Assembly: GCF_051882455.1 (NCBI RefSeq)
Contig: NZ_JBJERV010000014.1
Location: 22,920 to 86,919, forward strand
Direction: 5' to 3'
Source of the DNA: Huintestinicola sp.
GTDB lineage: Bacteria; Bacillota; Clostridia; Oscillospirales; Ruminococcaceae
DNA length: 64,000 bases
Numbering within the stretch: position 1 is the stretch's first letter; the number at the start of each line of letters is the position of its first letter. Under the pieces are notes generated by a model. That model was not told the origin of the DNA and did not search any database. It worked only from the letters and a program-made list of their open reading frames with translations. Shown in pieces: positions 58,947 through 64,000 of the stretch. The position numbers were made by a program, and so were the translations under genes.

Positions 58947-60536
58947 TCAGCTTATCGTAATTCCCGGGAAATAATACTGAAGTATCTGATCGTAGGTATA
59001 GCCCTGCTTTGCAAGGATATTTGCGCCGTTCTGGCTCATTCCCACGCCGTGGCCGTAGCCGTATGTAACAAAGGTAAATTCGCCGTCTGCGTAGCTGACA
59101 TCAAAGCACCAGCTCTTTATTCCGAATTTGAGGACATTTTCACGGATCTTTCTTCCCGAGATAGTGACCTGTCCGTCAACGTTAACGCTGCTTACATAGT
59201 TTCCGTCTATTCTTCCCGTAACGGTAAGCCAGTTTGCAGGATCGTCGGAAAGGGTAATTCCCAGGTAGCTTTCAAAGGCACTTCTGATATAGCTCTCGGA
59301 GAATGTGGTAATTACACCGTAATTCGGGTCGGAAGCAATATCAAAGGGGGTTGAAACGCTGGTAAGATAGGGGACGGGATTGCCTCCCCACACGTTTTCC
59401 GCGGAGGCTGTTGTACCCGCTGAGGAAGCGGTATAAACGGTCTGGGCGGGCGTTCCGTTATAATAGCAGCATTTTCCGAATACTGCGTCAACGGCTTGTC
59501 TTACTTCATCGGGAATATCGTGCTTTACAAGCACCGAAGGGATAAGACCGTTTACATTGTGGTATTTTACATATGAATAAGCGGCAACTGCCTGAGCCTT
59601 GAGTGCCTCTTGATCGAAAGAGGGTGACATCTCTGTGGAAACTATCATACAAACAAGATCGTATGCGTTTATTTCCTGAACGCTGCCGTCAAATCTTGCG
59701 GTGACTATCTCTGTGCCTTCGGGAGTTGTGGTGGTAAGCTCGGTCTCCGAAGGAACGGGTTCGGAAAAGCTGGGGATAGTTTCAAAATATGTGCCTGTTG
59801 ATGAAACTGTGGTGGTCTCGTCAGGGTAGTAGCTGCTCCAGAAATCTACTGTACTTTCGGGAGCAGGCTCAGTCTGGCTATTGTATTCAGACTGCATTTC
59901 ACCAAGCTTCTGCATTATTTCTTCCTGAGTTGGTCCCTTGTCAAGCTCAGAAAGAAGATCGGGGGAAGTCTGCTCCTCGTCTGCAAATGCGCTGTTATTT
60001 TCTATCACAGCTTCACCGAGTGTATTTTCCGATATTACAATATCCAGGTCGGTATCCTCGGGGACCATATCATATTCGGTATCGTCAGCGGGCTCGGCCT
60101 TGGAAGCTTCTGTATCGGCTCCCGCACTTTCTGTGGCGGCAGTATCCTCGGCGGAAACAGGTACTTCGGTCGTTGCTTCGGGTGCTGTGTATATTGGTGT
60201 TGCAGCAGGAGCGGTATCTTCGGAAGAATTATCGGGGGAAGCCTGATAGCCGGGGGTATTGCTTATATGGCTGCTCACCCTTTCATTATCCGAACTGTCG
60301 GGGAGATATGCTCCGTTTCTATCATTTCCCAATATGCCTGATATATTCACCGGCATTTCCGCTTTTAAAACAGATGCTTCTGTTTCCTGCTCAGTCTGCT
60401 CGGTGGCGGTGTTAAAGTAATATTCCTTGGATATTTCAGCATCGCTGGCATCGTCTACCATACAGAAGGCGAACGTGTAAAATGCTCCGATGGCGCATAA
60501 TGCCGCAATTCCGTTGAGGACAGCTCTCACTTTCAT
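58947..60536 (-). CDS. SpoIID/LytB-domain protein with a long acidic linker
   Basis: N-terminal TM; TEM...EALKAQAVAA, PYLTSV, GYGHGVGMSQNGA, ILQYYFPG. Confidence 0.9.
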   Translation of the reverse strand: MKVRAVLNGIAALCAIGAFYTFAFCMVDDASDAEISKEYYFNTATEQTEQETEASVLKAEMPVNISGILGNDRNGAYLPDSSDNERVSSHISNTPGYQASPDNSSEDTAPAATPIYTAPEATTEVPVSAEDTAATESAGADTEASKAEPADDTEYDMVPEDTDLDIVISENTLGEAVIENNSAFADEEQTSPDLLSELDKGPTQEEIMQKLGEMQSEYNSQTEPAPESTVDFWSSYYPDETTTVSSTGTYFETIPSFSEPVPSETELTTTTPEGTEIVTARFDGSVQEINAYDLVCMIVSTEMSPSFDQEALKAQAVAAYSYVKYHNVNGLIPSVLVKHDIPDEVRQAVDAVFGKCCYYNGTPAQTVYTASSAGTTASAENVWGGNPVPYLTSVSTPFDIASDPNYGVITTFSESYIRSAFESYLGITLSDDPANWLTVTGRIDGNYVSSVNVDGQVTISGRKIRENVLKFGIKSWCFDVSYADGEFTFVTYGYGHGVGMSQNGANILAKQGYTYDQILQYYFPGITIS

Positions 60537-60603
60537 AGTATTATCCTTTCTCGTTTGTTTTTTTCTCTCTTTTTTAAGGACAAGTGCAGATCTCCTTTGA
60601 CAA

Positions 60604-61647
60604 TCACTCGTCTATATATGTACCGCCGTTATATTTATAATAGATAGCGGGCCATTTCGGGTTAGGATTTTTGCTGAATTTTGTTGTATCAAAGTTTTCG
60701 GCGGTCTCTCCGTCTCTCAGCTTTCTTGCGACAAGAACGTGACGGGAGTCGTCCCATTCGGTGGAGCAGGTGGAAAGGGTGAGATATGCGTCATTCTCAT
60801 TGCAGTCTACGCCTGAAATGATGGTGCTTCGCTTGGTGATCTCGTCCATAAACTTCTCATAGGTATAATTATCATTGAAATCAATGTAATTCTGATAATC
60901 GAAAAGGGGTCTGTTGTCGTCATGCTCCGGCTTTGTATTTATAACAAAGGAGGAGATTATTACATAGGTATCTTCGGAATAATTGGTGTTAAAGTAGATG
61001 AAGGGGTTCTTGAGCCAATATGCGGGGTCCCAGCGGTAGTAGTCGAGGTTTCCGAACATTGTGCCGTCCTTCTGATTATGGGCATACAGGATAATGTTGT
61101 CCGAACGCTCATAGCCGTCTGCAACGTTTCTGTAATCGGCAAAGCAGGTGCCGCATTGCCTCTGGTTGTCATAGAAATTATGGTTAAGGTAGTATTCATT
61201 GTCCTTTCCCTTTACCACAGGCTCGTCAACACAGTTGGGGATACGGACATATCCTATTGTGTCCGCATTTATGGTAAGCAGCTCCTGAGCGGCAGGAAGA
61301 ACTGTCAGGGGAGGTCTTTCCTCGGGAGCAAGCTCTCCGTTGCTTTCGGGTTGTATTTCTGTTTCAGCAGGAGCTTCCTGAGTGATGACAGACTGCTGTG
61401 CTTTCTGGTAAATGACTTTCAGGGTATTGTGATTTTGCTTTGCCTCGTACATCTCATAAAAGTAGTTTCCGAGAATTACAGCACATACAATAAGCACAAT
61501 TATTGACAAGATCACTATAAGCTTGTTTATGATCTCGGAGGAGCTGTCGCCCTTCTGAGGAATAAAGGATTCCTTAAAGCTTTTTTTTACCTTGGGTTTT
61601 GAGGCCCTTCTTGGGGTGGAGCCTCTTGCTTCATCGCTCATTGACAT
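60604..61647 (-). CDS. Class B sortase
   Basis: DNEYYLNH, YAHN...GTMF, TLSTC, SR. Confidence 0.92.
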   Translation of the reverse strand: MSMSDEARGSTPRRASKPKVKKSFKESFIPQKGDSSSEIINKLIVILSIIVLIVCAVILGNYFYEMYEAKQNHNTLKVIYQKAQQSVITQEAPAETEIQPESNGELAPEERPPLTVLPAAQELLTINADTIGYVRIPNCVDEPVVKGKDNEYYLNHNFYDNQRQCGTCFADYRNVADGYERSDNIILYAHNQKDGTMFGNLDYYRWDPAYWLKNPFIYFNTNYSEDTYVIISSFVINTKPEHDDNRPLFDYQNYIDFNDNYTYEKFMDEITKRSTIISGVDCNENDAYLTLSTCSTEWDDSRHVLVARKLRDGETAENFDTTKFSKNPNPKWPAIYYKYNGGTYIDE

Positions 61648-61694
61648 ATGATATAACCTCTTAAAAATATTTTATGCGCTTTTTCTTCGGCAGT

Positions 61695-63593
61695 TTAATT
61701 GCCATCGGAGCTTGCCGAAGCGGTGGTCTGCTCGGTAACAGGGGCGGTGGTGCCGTTCTGAACGATCGGAGCAAGAGACAGCTTGGTAGTTGTATCGCCT
61801 TCGGAGCTTTCGGGAACTTCAGTCTCTTCTTCTGATGTTTCCGATGTGGGATCGGTATAACAGGGAGCTTTTGTTCCGTTTTCGTATATGGGAGCCAGTC
61901 CCAGTCTTGATCTTTCCTCGTGGTCTATTTTTAGTGTACGGGGAGTGGTGGTGGTTTCTTCGGTGGTTTCGGTAATAGGCTCTGTAGTAGTTTCAACAGT
62001 GGTCTCAACGGTCGTTTCGGTGACTGTTTCGGATACTGTTGTCTCAGATGATGTTTCGGACTCGCTGCGGCTCAGTATCGCATCCCAGTCTATCTGCTTT
62101 GCATTGGGATTGAGCCTTGCAGAGGAAAAGTCTATCGCCGAAATATCCTCGCCCTCACGTACCTTTCTTGCCATAACGACAAATCGTGAATCGGAATATT
62201 CGTTGCTGCAGGTGGAAAGCACAAGGAGCTTGTCCCCGTAAGCTACGTCAATAGGCGGAATGATCTGGTTTCTCTCATTTACCTGAGACATATACCAATT
62301 AAAGGTGCTCTCATTATTCAGAGTTTCGATATAATCGTGATAATGGAATACCTCGCCTGCGGAATCCTGCTTTTCGTAGACATTTGTTACGAAATATCCG
62401 AAAATGATATAGTCGCCGATACCGTATTCGGTGTTGAATACAACTATCGGATTTTTCTTGTAAAAGTCAACATTGTTTTTATAGTATTTGAGATTTCCGA
62501 ACATTGTGCCGTCCTCCTGGTTATGACCATAGAGAACGATGTTGGGAGAAGTGTACTCCTCGCTGACGGTGCAGCGGTAATCCATAAAAATGGAGCCTGC
62601 CTTATTTTTCCTGTCGTTATAGGTATGGGTGAGATAATAGATGTTATCCGTTCCCTGAACAACGGGCAGTCTTATTCCGCAGCCGTCGATCTCAATAAAT
62701 CCCTTAACGTTGTCGGAAAGCTCGATAAAGCTGTCCATAACGCTTTCGTTATGCTCAATACGCTCCTCGGTGGTGGGGGGGATAGTCTCGACCTCGCCTG
62801 CTTCGTTTATCGTAGTGGCTACAGTCGTTGTAACCATTTCGGCAATGCTTTCCGCTTCCTCCTGAGCTTCCTCGGACTGCACCAGGGTGCTGATAAGCAT
62901 AATTCCCGCTGCGATGAACACTCCTGTCGAGGCGATAAAAACGATCTTTCGGATTATTTCTGCCGCACTGTCGCCCTTCCAGGGGATAATTCCTTGTATG
63001 AAGGGACGCTTTTGCTGATTTTCATTATCCGAAGCTTTGGGCGTTTCCGTCTCATTGCCGGTGTTTTTCGTCACTGAAGCTGCTTTTTCGGCATTGTTTT
63101 TAGCAGCATCATTCTCATCGGAAATATTGCTGTCAGGCTCAAAATTTGCATCGGAAGCGTTGTCGGGGAAGCTCTCGGATACGGGAGTCTCCTCGGAAAG
63201 CTTGGCAGAGGTAGCGTCAATTCCTGCTTCCTCATCGAAAATAACTATCATTCCGTCCTCGTCTGTAACGGGTTCGGTGATTATCTCTTTTTGCTGTTCA
63301 GCTTCCGCAGTATTCGGCGCTTTGCTTTCGGAGAAGCTTACGTTCTCCTCGGGACCGTCCGAGATCTCAACGGGGGGCTTGTCGATAGTGCTCTGAAAAC
63401 CGCTGCCGAATGCAGCTGCATCTTCAAAAAACTTGGAAAAATCCCTGATATCTCTGGGGGGATTTTCGGTATCTATGTTTACATCGGGCTTTGGGTCGCT
63501 TTTGATGTCATCGGGGATAAAATCCTCAATGAGACTGTCGAAAAAGCCCGATACGGCCGCTTCATTTTCAGTGGCCTTTTTTTCTTCTGACAT
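61695..63593 (-). CDS. Class B sortase with a long acidic N-terminus and a Thr/Glu-rich C-terminal tail
   Basis: DNIYYLTH, GSIFMDYR, YGHN...GTMF, VLSTC, SR. Confidence 0.9.
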   Translation of the reverse strand: MSEEKKATENEAAVSGFFDSLIEDFIPDDIKSDPKPDVNIDTENPPRDIRDFSKFFEDAAAFGSGFQSTIDKPPVEISDGPEENVSFSESKAPNTAEAEQQKEIITEPVTDEDGMIVIFDEEAGIDATSAKLSEETPVSESFPDNASDANFEPDSNISDENDAAKNNAEKAASVTKNTGNETETPKASDNENQQKRPFIQGIIPWKGDSAAEIIRKIVFIASTGVFIAAGIMLISTLVQSEEAQEEAESIAEMVTTTVATTINEAGEVETIPPTTEERIEHNESVMDSFIELSDNVKGFIEIDGCGIRLPVVQGTDNIYYLTHTYNDRKNKAGSIFMDYRCTVSEEYTSPNIVLYGHNQEDGTMFGNLKYYKNNVDFYKKNPIVVFNTEYGIGDYIIFGYFVTNVYEKQDSAGEVFHYHDYIETLNNESTFNWYMSQVNERNQIIPPIDVAYGDKLLVLSTCSNEYSDSRFVVMARKVREGEDISAIDFSSARLNPNAKQIDWDAILSRSESETSSETTVSETVTETTVETTVETTTEPITETTEETTTTPRTLKIDHEERSRLGLAPIYENGTKAPCYTDPTSETSEEETEVPESSEGDTTTKLSLAPIVQNGTTAPVTEQTTASASSDGN

Positions 63594-63621
63594 ATATCAT
63601 TACCTCAATAATTTATATGGA

Positions 63622-64000
63622 TCAGTTTCCGTAAATAAAATTCCAGTCAGGCTCCTTGGCGTCGGGGTTGAGCTTGGCAAGCGAAGTGTCTACCTCGGGG
63701 CTTTCGCCGTCCCGGACCTTTCTGCCGATAACAATGAACCTTGAAGGCTCAAACTCGTTGCTGCAGGTGGAAAGGGTCATAAACTGGTCGCCCTCCTGTA
63801 CGTCAACGCCTGTGATTATCTCGGAGCGCTCTGTCACATTCTTCATAAACTGCTCGTAGGTGTACTCCTTTGAGCCGAAGCGGATATAATTCTGATAATC
63901 GAAAACAACACCGTCTCTTGTCTGGTCGGGATTGACCTCGCACACGAAAAGAGCAATGATCTTATATGTATACTCCTCATAGAGATTGGAGAATGTGAAC
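63622..64000 (-). CDS. Class B sortase, C-terminal part; runs off the window end
   Basis: Frame stays open to the edge (FTFSNLYEEYTYKIIALFVCE...); FDYQNY, TLSTC, SRFIVIGRK. Confidence 0.88.
   Translation of the reverse strand, partial: FTFSNLYEEYTYKIIALFVCEVNPDQTRDGVVFDYQNYIRFGSKEYTYEQFMKNVTERSEIITGVDVQEGDQFMTLSTCSNEFEPSRFIVIGRKVRDGESPEVDTSLAKLNPDAKEPDWNFIYGN

Noticed and set aside
1-64000. CRISPR array, tRNA/rRNA, transposase or prophage
   Set aside because: No regularly spaced repeats or such genes seen by eye; the only tRNA-like sequence is the tmRNA ends.

Overview
Chromosomal window from a low-GC Firmicute; gene content and style suggest Oscillospiraceae/Ruminococcus (inference). 1-20.4 kb is accessory-type: a LysR-centred Fe-ADH/flavodoxin/CMD-cupin cluster, a LacI-controlled sucrose/FOS ABC-GH32-fructokinase operon, an S41 peptidase, a NiCo-riboswitch CDF exporter and a two-component system with an ABC exporter. 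20.7-35.4 kb is mostly housekeeping: mntR-like/GH5, thrH, an Ile T-box ilvA-cat-ridA operon, and rimP-nusA-ylxR-ylxQ-infB-rbfA-nrnA-truB-ribF-gltX. 35.6-49 kb holds a GldAFG-like ABC system, GH3, an orphan solute-binding protein, EpsG and a deacetylase. 49-64 kb holds tmRNA-smpB, clpB, an AraC-GGDEF fusion, a giant coiled coil with a GrpE-like tip, an orphan mazF, CPBP, pdp, SpoIID and three tandem class B sortases. I saw no transposase, integrase, prophage, CRISPR array, rRNA or tRNA. Most notable: two ~160-bp hairpin elements with unrelated ends but an identically spaced, covarying core; a perfect CIRCE with no adjacent gene start; the GrpE-tipped coiled coil; the AraC-GGDEF fusion; and a CAT-family gene inside an Ile T-box operon. 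All family calls come from motif recognition by eye; no searches were run.
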